Source: Patescibacteria group bacterium (GTDB taxonomy: Bacteria; Patescibacteriota; Kazan-3B-28). Taken from it: 64,000 nt of DNA. The stretch lies in the NCBI GenBank assembly GCA_028717565.1, contig JAQUNP010000001.1:112997-176996 (forward strand), given 5' to 3'. This document shows, piece after piece, positions 40,257 to 49,626 of this stretch; within the stretch, counting starts at the first letter, position 1; each line of letters starts with the position of its first letter. The notes under the pieces are model-generated. The model was not told the origin of the DNA and ran no database searches. It was given only the letters and a program-made list of their open reading frames with translations. The position numbers and the translations under genes are program-made.

Positions 40257-41693
40257 ATGGGGACACCAAATAAATTAGTACGGTCATTGATCTTTTTACA
40301 GGGACTCCTGTTTTTGTTTGTGCCAACGGCAACGTTGGCCTTGGCGGCTGGAGGCATTGGCGTAGTACCGCATGTCACAGAAGAGCGTCCCGATCGGGGC
40401 GGTTGGTTTCTATACGAGGTTGACCCTGGTGAGGTTATTCAAGACGAGGCCCTACTCATCAACAACAACGATCAGACAACACATTTAACACTTGATCCAC
40501 TAGATGCGGCGCTGACAGCCGATGGAGCTTTTTCTTTGATCCGAGGCCCCGAGGACAACAAGGACATTGGCACATGGATAAAAATCGAGCAAACCGAGTT
40601 TGACTTAGAACCGCATACTCAGCTAACGGTGCCTTTTACCATTGAAGTGCCTCAAACTGCGGAAGTCGGTGACCACATTGGGGGCTTGGCAGTTTACGAA
40701 TCCGAGAAGGAGCCGGAAACGGTCTTAAAATCTGGTGGCGCCAAGGTAGGTATCTCCACACGGGTTGGAGCTCGGATTTATCTGACTGTCGCGGGTGATA
40801 TCGTGCGTGATTGGAGCATCTATCACAAGTTGTTTTACGGACAAGCAGATAAGATAAAATTTCGGTTTACGATTGCCAACCGAGGCAATATTCGTGCCAA
40901 CTTATTTATAAAGGAAGGCCGTATTTATAACATTTTTGGCCTGTTCGATAAACAAGAAGATATTTCTCTGGCGCAGGTCTTCCCTCGTGAGACAGTCAGC
41001 AAAACTTTCACCTGGCCGGGCAAGGGCCGACCGCTTTTTGGCCCGTATTTGGCGATTTTTACAATCGAGGATAAATACGTTCAGGTTAACCCCAACTCGC
41101 ATGTCATAGTCCCTGAAGTCGAACCTAAAACCATTTGGATGATCACCTTCTTTATTCCTTTCACCCAAACTGCGGTCTTACTGGGGCTGCTATTCATTGC
41201 TTGGTTCTTGTATCGCTTTATAACCTGGAAACGGTTGAGCAACTTGGCCAGACGACCAGTTAAGAAATACTCTGTTAAAGCTGGTGATACTTTAGTAGAT
41301 ATCGCCGAGGACTTTGGTGTGTCATGGAAACTGGTAGCTCATTTAAATGAGCTGAAACCACCATATAGTTTACGCCAAGTGAAGGTGCTATATGTACCCG
41401 ACGCCAGTGGTGAGAGACGCAGTATTCCAATTACTGGTTTCTGGACATTTATTACCAAGCCCGTAGCTAAAATGTTCCGAAAACGGACACAGCCCAAGCT
41501 ACAAGTGGCATCTGATGCCGTAACGGAGGAGTACATTATCGTTATCGATAAGAGCGATAAGCGTAATGACATTGAGACTTTTACAGGACTGAAATGGCAG
41601 ACCATTGCCAAATACAATCACCTGAAGTCAACCTTTAAATTAAGAGTTGGCACGGAATTAAAAATTCCGGGTAAAAAACCAAAAAAGAAGTAA
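40257..41693 (+). CDS. Csc-type (DUF916/DUF3324-like) cell-surface protein with a C-terminal TM anchor followed by two LysM repeats
   Basis: Signal/anchor MGTPNKLVRSLIFLQGLLFLFVPTATLALAAGG. Two beta-rich domains. TM ITFFIPFTQTAVLLGLLFIAWFLY followed by a basic stretch. LysM repeats YSVKAGDTLVDIA...ELKPPYSL and FTGLKWQTIAKYN.... Start is set at the internal Met because the ORF-track start overlaps the previous gene. Confidence 0.5.
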   Translation: MGTPNKLVRSLIFLQGLLFLFVPTATLALAAGGIGVVPHVTEERPDRGGWFLYEVDPGEVIQDEALLINNNDQTTHLTLDPLDAALTADGAFSLIRGPEDNKDIGTWIKIEQTEFDLEPHTQLTVPFTIEVPQTAEVGDHIGGLAVYESEKEPETVLKSGGAKVGISTRVGARIYLTVAGDIVRDWSIYHKLFYGQADKIKFRFTIANRGNIRANLFIKEGRIYNIFGLFDKQEDISLAQVFPRETVSKTFTWPGKGRPLFGPYLAIFTIEDKYVQVNPNSHVIVPEVEPKTIWMITFFIPFTQTAVLLGLLFIAWFLYRFITWKRLSNLARRPVKKYSVKAGDTLVDIAEDFGVSWKLVAHLNELKPPYSLRQVKVLYVPDASGERRSIPITGFWTFITKPVAKMFRKRTQPKLQVASDAVTEEYIIVIDKSDKRNDIETFTGLKWQTIAKYNHLKSTFKLRVGTELKIPGKKPKKK

Positions 41694-41706
41694 CGGAAGG
41701 GGGTGA

Positions 41707-43797
41707 ATGATATATGGGAGGTATCAACATCTAGCAAATGGAGTGGCTTGGTTTCTGGCTGGGTGGCTCGCTTTTGGCTTCCCATTTTCTTATTTTCAGT
41801 TCACACCCTCTGTTCGGGCCGGTGGTGCGACCATGTACCTGCTGTGGGACTCGACTAATGGCGATCCGCCAGATGGCTGGGTAACACAATCTGGATCCGG
41901 CGACCCGGCCTATCAACGCTTTTTGCGAGGAGACGCGGCGGTTTCGGCTTTGAGCACGGGCGGTAATGAGGCAGGTATCCACAATCATACGTTAAGCAAC
42001 ATGACTGTCAGCACCAATATCGCTGGCGCGGCCTATAAAAATAACCGAGCTGATACGGTGGACTGTGCACTAAGTCACAGTCATAATATTTTGGCTTCCT
42101 TTATGGATGATGCCACCATCTTGCCCAAATACCGGGATTTGGTCCTAATCATGTACGAAGCCGGCATGCCAGATTTTTTGCCAGCTGACGTGATAGTTGG
42201 CTTTGCTTCTGGAGCCAGCATCCCATCTGGATTTACGCAATATTCATCACAAAACACCAACTTTGTCCGTCTCGCAGACGCCACTGGCAGTAGCACTGGT
42301 TCCAACACTCACACCCACACTAATGTCGCTATCATATTGGATGTTTGTGACACAATTTCTCTGAATAATCGCGGTGCCAACGTGGTGGCCAGTGAGAAGC
42401 ATTTTCATCAATACTCGGGGACCTCACCGACTGGCGACCACACCCCTCCCAGCACCGGCTTGCCCCTCTATAGTGTGGATGACGCCGATACTCCCCTCCC
42501 CACCGATATGATAGCGTTCTTTAACGCCTCTCCCCCAACGTGGTGGACCTCTTTAAGCGAATCGGGGGGAGATTTTTATCAAAAATATATCTACGGCAAT
42601 AGCACTTATGCCACTGGTACCGGTAGCGCTACCCACAATCACCCAGGTGTTACCCAACTGGTAACTGGTGCTGCTGTCGATCCAGGTCCGGTTCTAGTCG
42701 ATCCGGGAACTCCGTCCGCCTCGGCCGCCTCAAGCACACATACACATACCATTACTACGCCTACCTACTCCAATGAAAATAATGACCCGCCATATATTAA
42801 CGTAGTCGTGGCCAAATATGATCCGCCTGACTTAACTTGGTCATCAGGCATCTTGGATAGTTACACTATCTACGAATCAGGAACTTTGACCTGGGGAGCA
42901 GGCACGGAGGTGTGCTCGGCCACTTTAACTGATGACAACTCCTCGACTGTAGAATGTAGTGGCGATGGCATTGACGATTCTACCCAATACCGGATTGATG
43001 TTGTATTAAAAAACGTTGGCTCGGTAGCCGCTCATATGTATGGAGGTAGCGATACCGTAACTTTTAAAAATATTATTGGCGGCTGGGCGGGCACCACACC
43101 CACCATCGGCTCATGCGGATTTTATGATTCTGGTTCAGATGATACCGGCACACCATCATGTACCCCAGCGTCAGGCGCCAACGACGTAATTTTGTCTAAT
43201 ATCGGAGCAAGTAGCGAGGTGATTTTGGCCGCCTCCTCGGGATTGGAGGGATTTATGCTGATTGTCACAACTGACAGCGATGCAACTACCAGCTCTACTA
43301 GTTATATGGACACTATCATTGACACAAATAGTGAGGATTCTAGCAAAATCACTGTTTCGTTGGCTTCGGCTCTAGGGATCACGGCGCCCGACAACATAGT
43401 TTTGGCTGCTTCTAATCCCGGAGCCGTTAGTGAAACCACTTTCGAGACAGATGAATTGGTTGTAGTCACCGATGGGGGCAGTGGGTGGAGCTTGACGGCT
43501 GCCATGCAGACCACTTTTAGCGATGGTGGCTCCAACACTATTCCGGATGCGAGTGTCTATCTACATAAAGACGGCAATGTAGAAACCGAAGATGAATATA
43601 CGATTTGGTCTGGCGATGTAGAAAACGTTACCGAGACCGATGAAACTGTCTCGTTAGACGAATCCAGATCGGTGGGGACTAGAAGCAGCGGTACCGGTGG
43701 TGACACCACCAATGTTCGGCCAACTATCAAAATAATTATGCCTGTAGATCAGGCAATCGCTGACTATGATGGTGTCATCCGATTTACCGTAGTATAA
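41707..43797 (+). CDS. Large S/T/G/D-rich surface protein with a C-terminal WxL-like module
   Basis: N-terminal hydrophobic anchor or signal. C-terminus ...VVTDGGSGWSLTAAM ... DYDGVIRFTVV-end. GGAAGGGGG RBS upstream. Confidence 0.6.
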   Translation: MIYGRYQHLANGVAWFLAGWLAFGFPFSYFQFTPSVRAGGATMYLLWDSTNGDPPDGWVTQSGSGDPAYQRFLRGDAAVSALSTGGNEAGIHNHTLSNMTVSTNIAGAAYKNNRADTVDCALSHSHNILASFMDDATILPKYRDLVLIMYEAGMPDFLPADVIVGFASGASIPSGFTQYSSQNTNFVRLADATGSSTGSNTHTHTNVAIILDVCDTISLNNRGANVVASEKHFHQYSGTSPTGDHTPPSTGLPLYSVDDADTPLPTDMIAFFNASPPTWWTSLSESGGDFYQKYIYGNSTYATGTGSATHNHPGVTQLVTGAAVDPGPVLVDPGTPSASAASSTHTHTITTPTYSNENNDPPYINVVVAKYDPPDLTWSSGILDSYTIYESGTLTWGAGTEVCSATLTDDNSSTVECSGDGIDDSTQYRIDVVLKNVGSVAAHMYGGSDTVTFKNIIGGWAGTTPTIGSCGFYDSGSDDTGTPSCTPASGANDVILSNIGASSEVILAASSGLEGFMLIVTTDSDATTSSTSYMDTIIDTNSEDSSKITVSLASALGITAPDNIVLAASNPGAVSETTFETDELVVVTDGGSGWSLTAAMQTTFSDGGSNTIPDASVYLHKDGNVETEDEYTIWSGDVENVTETDETVSLDESRSVGTRSSGTGGDTTNVRPTIKIIMPVDQAIADYDGVIRFTVV

Positions 43798-44191
43798 AAA
43801 GTTGATGCTTTTCCATCTGGTGTTGATGTAAAATGGTTTTAAGAAATAAATGGCTAAGTAAGGGGTCCATTGTCAAAAGCCAATCGCGATGATAAGGGAC
43901 GATAAATCGCGAAACAATCAGGACCACAGCGGCGACGCTCCGGCTATGCGACGCCCAAGAATAGTAAGTAGGCCGATAATATTTTTAACCGGCTGACTAA
44001 GAGCAAAACTCTGGCAGAAAACAAAAGTACGATAGGCCTGCGAAATATTTAGCGGCCGACCTCGTCTTTCGAGGATACAATGACCACTACAATTGTTGCG
44101 CAAGCGTTTTTACTCGCTTCTCTTTTCGGAAAAACAGAATTTGTCACCGGCAGGATTATCGTGACCTAACAAGTCACGAAATTTTTATATC

Positions 44192-45139
44192 ATGAAACAA
44201 CCATCGCGTTCTATCCCCATCCTGATTCTCTCGAACTTAGTGCTTTTAGGCGCACTGATTTTTGTATGCGTGTTTTGCATCAACCATCCCCACAGTTCAA
44301 AATATCCACTGGTAGATATCACTAGGGACTTTATACCACAGGAAGATTTCATCATTAATATTCAACCCCTACGTGAGCAGGTGCGGGAAATGATTGATCA
44401 GTATGGAGCTAATCGGGTCTCGGCCTATATCGAATTTTTAAACACGGGCTCTAATATCGCTGTGAACCCCGACTTAAAACTTTGGTCGGCTAGTTTGGGT
44501 AAGGTGCCTTTGGGCATGACAGTAATGAAAAAGGTGGAAAATGGGTTGTGGGATCTAAACAGCGAATTGGTGCTGTTTGAGGGAGATCGAGACCCTTTGT
44601 CTAGTGATGCCACAGACCCCCTGTTTCGCTACCCTATCGGTACCCGTTTTACGATTGAAAAGCTAATGGAATATCTACTAACCTATTCTGACAATACTGC
44701 CGGGCAGATTTTAACACGTAACCTAAGCCAAGATGACACTCAATTGATTATCGAGGATACTGGCGCCGAAGAGCTGTTTACTGAAGAAGGCAAGATGAGC
44801 TCCAAAGAATATGCCCGACTATACCGAGCGCTATACACCTCTAGCTTTTTGAACCGAGACGGTTCACAAAAAATCTTGGACTGGTTAGCCAATGCCAGTT
44901 TCAGAAAATATCTTTCAACCGGCATACCAGAAGGTATTTCGTTTGCTCACAAATACGGGGAAAATCGAACTGATTTAGTCATCGCCGACTCGGGCATTGT
45001 CTATCTGCCGAACCGACCGTTTTTAATGGTGGTAATGGTGCAAAAGTTAGATGATTCGGCAGCGGAGGATATAAAAGCGCGGGCCTTTATGCACGACATA
45101 GCCGAGACAACATATAACTATTTTGCCAACTATCAATGA
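44192..45139 (+). CDS. Class A beta-lactamase-like serine hydrolase (PF13354-like), membrane-anchored
   Basis: N-terminal TM. S-x-x-K (WSASLGK) and SDN (YSDNTAG) motifs. Third box HKYGEN sits where KTG/KSG is expected. ATGA start/stop overlap with the next gene. Confidence 0.6.
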   Translation: MKQPSRSIPILILSNLVLLGALIFVCVFCINHPHSSKYPLVDITRDFIPQEDFIINIQPLREQVREMIDQYGANRVSAYIEFLNTGSNIAVNPDLKLWSASLGKVPLGMTVMKKVENGLWDLNSELVLFEGDRDPLSSDATDPLFRYPIGTRFTIEKLMEYLLTYSDNTAGQILTRNLSQDDTQLIIEDTGAEELFTEEGKMSSKEYARLYRALYTSSFLNRDGSQKILDWLANASFRKYLSTGIPEGISFAHKYGENRTDLVIADSGIVYLPNRPFLMVVMVQKLDDSAAEDIKARAFMHDIAETTYNYFANYQ

Positions 45140-47538
45140 TACGGCGGGGATTTTATTGGCTGGTGGCTTTCATGCTGACTGTTCAGCTGGTTTTGCCCAG
45201 TAGCTTAGTTACCCAGTTGCTTCGGGACTGTAACATAGTAGATGTTTTATATCTTTCTTCAAAAAGCCACAACCTAGCCGATAACCAGTTAGCCGGTTCA
45301 CAAAATGCACACGCTCAGTCGGCCAGCCAAACTACCTTTTATTTTAAAAACGATACCAGAAGTGCAAACACCTACTGGGGTGTAGCCGGTCCTACAGTGG
45401 ACAACAGCACTGATACAGTAGAGATTACGGTAAGTGGTGCTACCACAGCCGGCGCCATGCATCCAATTGCTGGGCCTATAGTTCCCGCCACTACCAGTGA
45501 CAGCGTAGTGGGCACTAGTTTGGGAGATAGCAACGCGGATTTGGCATGGTACAAAACCTTTATTATGCCCATTGCCTCCGGCACCCAGTTTACGGCTTTG
45601 ACCATGTTTCAGGTTGCCGCATCGTTTGACGAAAGCAACGCGGCCGCCAATGCTTACGCCAGAGCTTTTGCTTATGTGTATGACTCCGGCAGCAATTCCA
45701 ATGTCCAAACCCTAGCTGGTCCGACTAGTCACAGTACTGAAATCGGTACCAGTGATCAAGGTAAGATTTGGTACTTAATGAATGCAGTGGGAGTTACTCC
45801 CTACACGACGGATAACAATGACTTTTTAGCCGTTGAAATCTGGGTGGATTTCCAGCATACCACCACCACGGCCTACACTTGCACATTCCGCTGGGGAGGT
45901 AACACGAATATAGTGGACAATACGGCCAACACTACACCAGCCAGTCGGATTACCATTAGCAATACTACTGTTGACACCTTTGACCCTCTGTGGCTCTTGC
46001 CGACTAATGCGGACCATGAGGTCACGCCTAATGCCCATCAAACCGGCGATTCATTCCAGGGCGGCACTTGGGAGGGCAGACGTATGAGTACTACGGCTGG
46101 CGGTGGCGCCGAGCTCAAAAGCCAAGCCGTATCCACATCTGTTGGCAACTGGCGGATGAATACTTTCGTCTCTCCCCCACTAGCTGCCCAGACGATTCCT
46201 GCTGGCAACTGGGTCATTCATATGCATGGTAACGAATCCAGCACTTCGGCTAATGCTAGATTTCGAAGTATGATCTACATTTGGAAAAATGACGACTCCG
46301 GCATCCGCGGGACCATTAAGTCAGTGGGCAATGCTTCGACCGAATGGGGCACAGCCACCACGAATAATCAAGTGGAAGATGTGGTGGCGGGCTCGACAGT
46401 AGCTGTGAGTGCTGGCGATAGATTGGTATTAGAAATGGAAGCTGTTACCGTTACCTCCTCTGGCGCTTATACTACCAATCACCGCTTTGGAGCAGATCCT
46501 ACAACACCTGGCACTTCGGTATATGATAGTGCCATCCTGCCACCGATGAACTATTCCTCTACACCCACTCCCCTGCAGTTTTTAACTGAAGATTTCAGCC
46601 AGACCCACTATCACTTCGATGAGGACAATGATGGCGAAACCCATAGTGCGTGGACTGATTCGGTGGGCAGCATTGCTGAAGATACTCCTGGCACTTATTC
46701 GGTCAGTACTAATTTTCGACTTAGAATTCAAATTGCTTCCACAGGCGGTGAAAATGCTGGTCTGGTTCCGTTTTTATACTATCAAACCAAAAGTCCGCCT
46801 GGTTCGTGGACTCTGGTCACCAATAGTTCAACTGACATCCAAACCTCCCTGTCAGGTAATTTTGACCAAAATACAGCCACCAGCAGACAGCTAACTGACC
46901 TCACTAGTAGTGGATGGGATTTTACTGCTGGTAGAATGATTGAGGACTCTGGGGGAACTGTGTCCAACACTTCGATGAATGCCTGGAGTTTTACCGAATT
47001 TGAATGGTCTTTGACTGGTGTTAATGCAAATATCTATTTGTTCAAAGCCACCTATGCCGGTAGTGATTTCGGTTTGTATGCGAGCACCCCAGAAGTCACC
47101 ATCACTGCGGGGTCTCCACTAAGCGTTTTTGCTCCAGCGGCACAAGACCTTGGCTCTCTTAGTCCAGGCGATGTGGGGCAGTACACTTTTGGGGAGCCTG
47201 TCATTATTACTGACGGTGGCGCAGGATGGTCACTAACGGCAGTTATTACTGTGCCTTTAAATAACGGTAAAACTAACCTAGATAGTTCTAATGTCAAACT
47301 AAGAAAAGACGGGGTTGTCGATGGTGGGAGTGATGTTTATACCATCTGGGATAATGAGGTCAGCTACGTTTCAGAAAACGAGGAAACGGTTGGTTTAGAC
47401 ACGTCTCGTACCGTCGGGATACGCAGCCGAGGCCGAGCTAGTGAGATGACCTTGGTGAGCCCTAGTTTGCAAATTGAAATACCGGTTGCCCAACAGACCG
47501 GAGATTATCGAGGAGTCCTCGAGTTCACTGTCGTTTAG
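45136..47538 (+). CDS. Large surface protein with a C-terminal WxL-like module, paralogous at its C-terminus to the 41707 gene
   Basis: N-terminal anchor. C-terminus ...IITDGGAGWSLTAVI ... DYRGVLEFTVV-end. Confidence 0.6.
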   Translation: MIRRGFYWLVAFMLTVQLVLPSSLVTQLLRDCNIVDVLYLSSKSHNLADNQLAGSQNAHAQSASQTTFYFKNDTRSANTYWGVAGPTVDNSTDTVEITVSGATTAGAMHPIAGPIVPATTSDSVVGTSLGDSNADLAWYKTFIMPIASGTQFTALTMFQVAASFDESNAAANAYARAFAYVYDSGSNSNVQTLAGPTSHSTEIGTSDQGKIWYLMNAVGVTPYTTDNNDFLAVEIWVDFQHTTTTAYTCTFRWGGNTNIVDNTANTTPASRITISNTTVDTFDPLWLLPTNADHEVTPNAHQTGDSFQGGTWEGRRMSTTAGGGAELKSQAVSTSVGNWRMNTFVSPPLAAQTIPAGNWVIHMHGNESSTSANARFRSMIYIWKNDDSGIRGTIKSVGNASTEWGTATTNNQVEDVVAGSTVAVSAGDRLVLEMEAVTVTSSGAYTTNHRFGADPTTPGTSVYDSAILPPMNYSSTPTPLQFLTEDFSQTHYHFDEDNDGETHSAWTDSVGSIAEDTPGTYSVSTNFRLRIQIASTGGENAGLVPFLYYQTKSPPGSWTLVTNSSTDIQTSLSGNFDQNTATSRQLTDLTSSGWDFTAGRMIEDSGGTVSNTSMNAWSFTEFEWSLTGVNANIYLFKATYAGSDFGLYASTPEVTITAGSPLSVFAPAAQDLGSLSPGDVGQYTFGEPVIITDGGAGWSLTAVITVPLNNGKTNLDSSNVKLRKDGVVDGGSDVYTIWDNEVSYVSENEETVGLDTSRTVGIRSRGRASEMTLVSPSLQIEIPVAQQTGDYRGVLEFTVV

Positions 47539-47564
47539 AAAAGTTACGGTGATACAATTAGATC

Positions 47565-48584
47565 ATGCGACTTAGGCTACAGTTCCAGATATTTTTATGG
47601 GTTGGCTTGGGGCTTTTGCTGTACGCACTTTGGCTGACCCTCCGAGTCCCTGCAGTTCAGCATCTAGTCGAGCGGCTAGTGGCCGATCAACCCGTCACTG
47701 TTTTAGCTGGTGGTGATGTGAATTTGGGCCGACAAACCGGACAAGAAATTTTGGCTGGGAATATAGATTATCCTTTTCAAAATATCACTGGCATTTTACA
47801 GAGTGCAGATATTACTTTCGTAAATCTCGAGAGCCAACTGGCTGACCTCAACGGTGAAACCCAATCCCCCACTAATGAATACCGCTTTGCCGGTCCGCCC
47901 CAAGGGGCGCTTGCGTTGCACAATGCGGGTATAGATATTGTATCGATTGCCAATAACCACATGTGGGATTATGGCCAAGAGCGTTTGCAAGAAACCATTA
48001 ATAATCTGAATGCTCAAGAAATTGTATATGTGGGTGCCGACATGTTACCAGAAAATCGTTTCGCAGCCAAAATTCTTGAGGTACGTGGTCAAAAAATCGC
48101 CTTTCTGGCGTTCACTGATTTGCTCAACGGTTATGAGAAAAGTGGTGCTGACCAATATGTCGCTTTCGGCGATGAAGACGCATGCATAGCCGAAATCAAA
48201 CAAGTCCGCGAATTTGCTGACTGGGTGCTAGTTTCCCTGCATGCTGGAGCCGAATACACAGCCAAACCTACTGCCCGAACTATTGAACTAGCTCATACTT
48301 TTATTGATGCTGGCGCTGATGCAATTTTGGGTCACCACCCTCATGTCCCTCACCCAATCGAGATCTACAAAGATAAGCCCATTTTCTACTCATTGGGTAA
48401 TTTTGCTTTCTGGCAGCCATTTACTTTCTGGACGCAAAATAGTTTTTTGATAAAGCTGGAGCTAACCGAGCCCCGACAGTTGGATTACGAGATCATCCCA
48501 GTTAAAGCAGGTTGGCAACCAGAGATGCTGACCAAAAGTGATGACATTGCCACACTCATGACACGGCTACATTCCCAAATCTGA
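47565..48584 (+). CDS. CapA/PGA_cap family metallophosphatase (poly-gamma-glutamate-type capsule biosynthesis protein)
   Basis: N-terminal TM. GGDVNLGR ... SIANNHMWDYG ... LHAGAEY ... GHHPHVP ... YSLGNF. Confidence 0.8.
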   Translation: MRLRLQFQIFLWVGLGLLLYALWLTLRVPAVQHLVERLVADQPVTVLAGGDVNLGRQTGQEILAGNIDYPFQNITGILQSADITFVNLESQLADLNGETQSPTNEYRFAGPPQGALALHNAGIDIVSIANNHMWDYGQERLQETINNLNAQEIVYVGADMLPENRFAAKILEVRGQKIAFLAFTDLLNGYEKSGADQYVAFGDEDACIAEIKQVREFADWVLVSLHAGAEYTAKPTARTIELAHTFIDAGADAILGHHPHVPHPIEIYKDKPIFYSLGNFAFWQPFTFWTQNSFLIKLELTEPRQLDYEIIPVKAGWQPEMLTKSDDIATLMTRLHSQI

Positions 48585-48622
48585 TATAATAGGAGCGAAA
48601 TTATCACTAATCATGCTGTCTT

Positions 48623-49618
48623 ATGAAATCTGATAAAAAAATTAACCCGTGGCATGTGTTCCAAATGGCCGTGGGGGTTTTGGCGATTATTGTTATTGGC
48701 TACTTCGCAGTTAGCTCACCGACTACCCGAGCATCTTCAGTCACTCAGGCGGTCGACGGTGACATTGTGCTTTCGGATAGTGATTTCGAAACGTATATGG
48801 CCTACGAATTTGAATATTTCTTGGAGAAAGAAGGCGTCAGTTATGTCACAGCGGAGGCCGAAGCCCGAACTCAGTATCTCAACGATGATTATGGAATTGG
48901 CGACGATACCACTGGTGACACCGTTAGCGAAGAAGCCGAAAGCACGTCCAGCGATTCTGCCCCGACCGGTTTTTGGGATAAGGTTCTTGGCTGGTTCCAG
49001 CGAACCTTTCTAGGCACTGGCGCCGAAGCAGCCACGGATACAACCTGGGAAGCGCACAATAAAAAGATTGCCGATTTAGAAGCTCAGCTGAAAGAGGCAG
49101 AGTGGGCTTTAAACAAGGAAAAGCAGCTTTACGCTGCCGCCTATGATGCGTGGAAACAAGATGTACTCTACGAAAGCCCCGAAGCTGAAAAAAGGGACAA
49201 GGCCATTAAGAAGGCTCGGGTTGATGCAGCTTTGAAAGCTTTAAAGAATGCGGAGGCCAGAGTGGCTCAGATAAAATCTCAGTTGGCGAAGGCTAAGCAA
49301 GATTTTAAGGACTACCAGGATACTATGTCCAGACAAAGACGATCTACCGGTAAGCGTGGGTCAAGCGGTAGCCGGGATAGACAAAAGGGCTACGCCGATG
49401 CTAGAGATGAACTCGGACGAACCCCAACTTATGAAGAGTGGGTGGAGGCCTTCTTGAAACAGTTAGAGGCAAACCCACCGACCACACCCAAAAGTCCTAT
49501 CCCCGAGCCAGAACCCTTACCGGCCTATCCGACAACTCCTGGGTTAAATCTTGATTCCAAGTTGAACGCCACCACGCCATCTGCAACCCTTAATCAGTCT
49601 ACTACCTCATCAAAGTAA
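48623..49618 (+). CDS. Membrane-anchored coiled-coil protein with a Pro-rich tail (paralog 1)
   Basis: TM MAVGVLAIIVIGYF, an acidic region, a heptad-like K/E/A-rich segment, and a tail ...RTPTYEEWVEAF...PIPEPEPLPAYP.... Confidence 0.55.
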   Translation: MKSDKKINPWHVFQMAVGVLAIIVIGYFAVSSPTTRASSVTQAVDGDIVLSDSDFETYMAYEFEYFLEKEGVSYVTAEAEARTQYLNDDYGIGDDTTGDTVSEEAESTSSDSAPTGFWDKVLGWFQRTFLGTGAEAATDTTWEAHNKKIADLEAQLKEAEWALNKEKQLYAAAYDAWKQDVLYESPEAEKRDKAIKKARVDAALKALKNAEARVAQIKSQLAKAKQDFKDYQDTMSRQRRSTGKRGSSGSRDRQKGYADARDELGRTPTYEEWVEAFLKQLEANPPTTPKSPIPEPEPLPAYPTTPGLNLDSKLNATTPSATLNQSTTSSK

Positions 49619-49626
49619 ATATTTAA

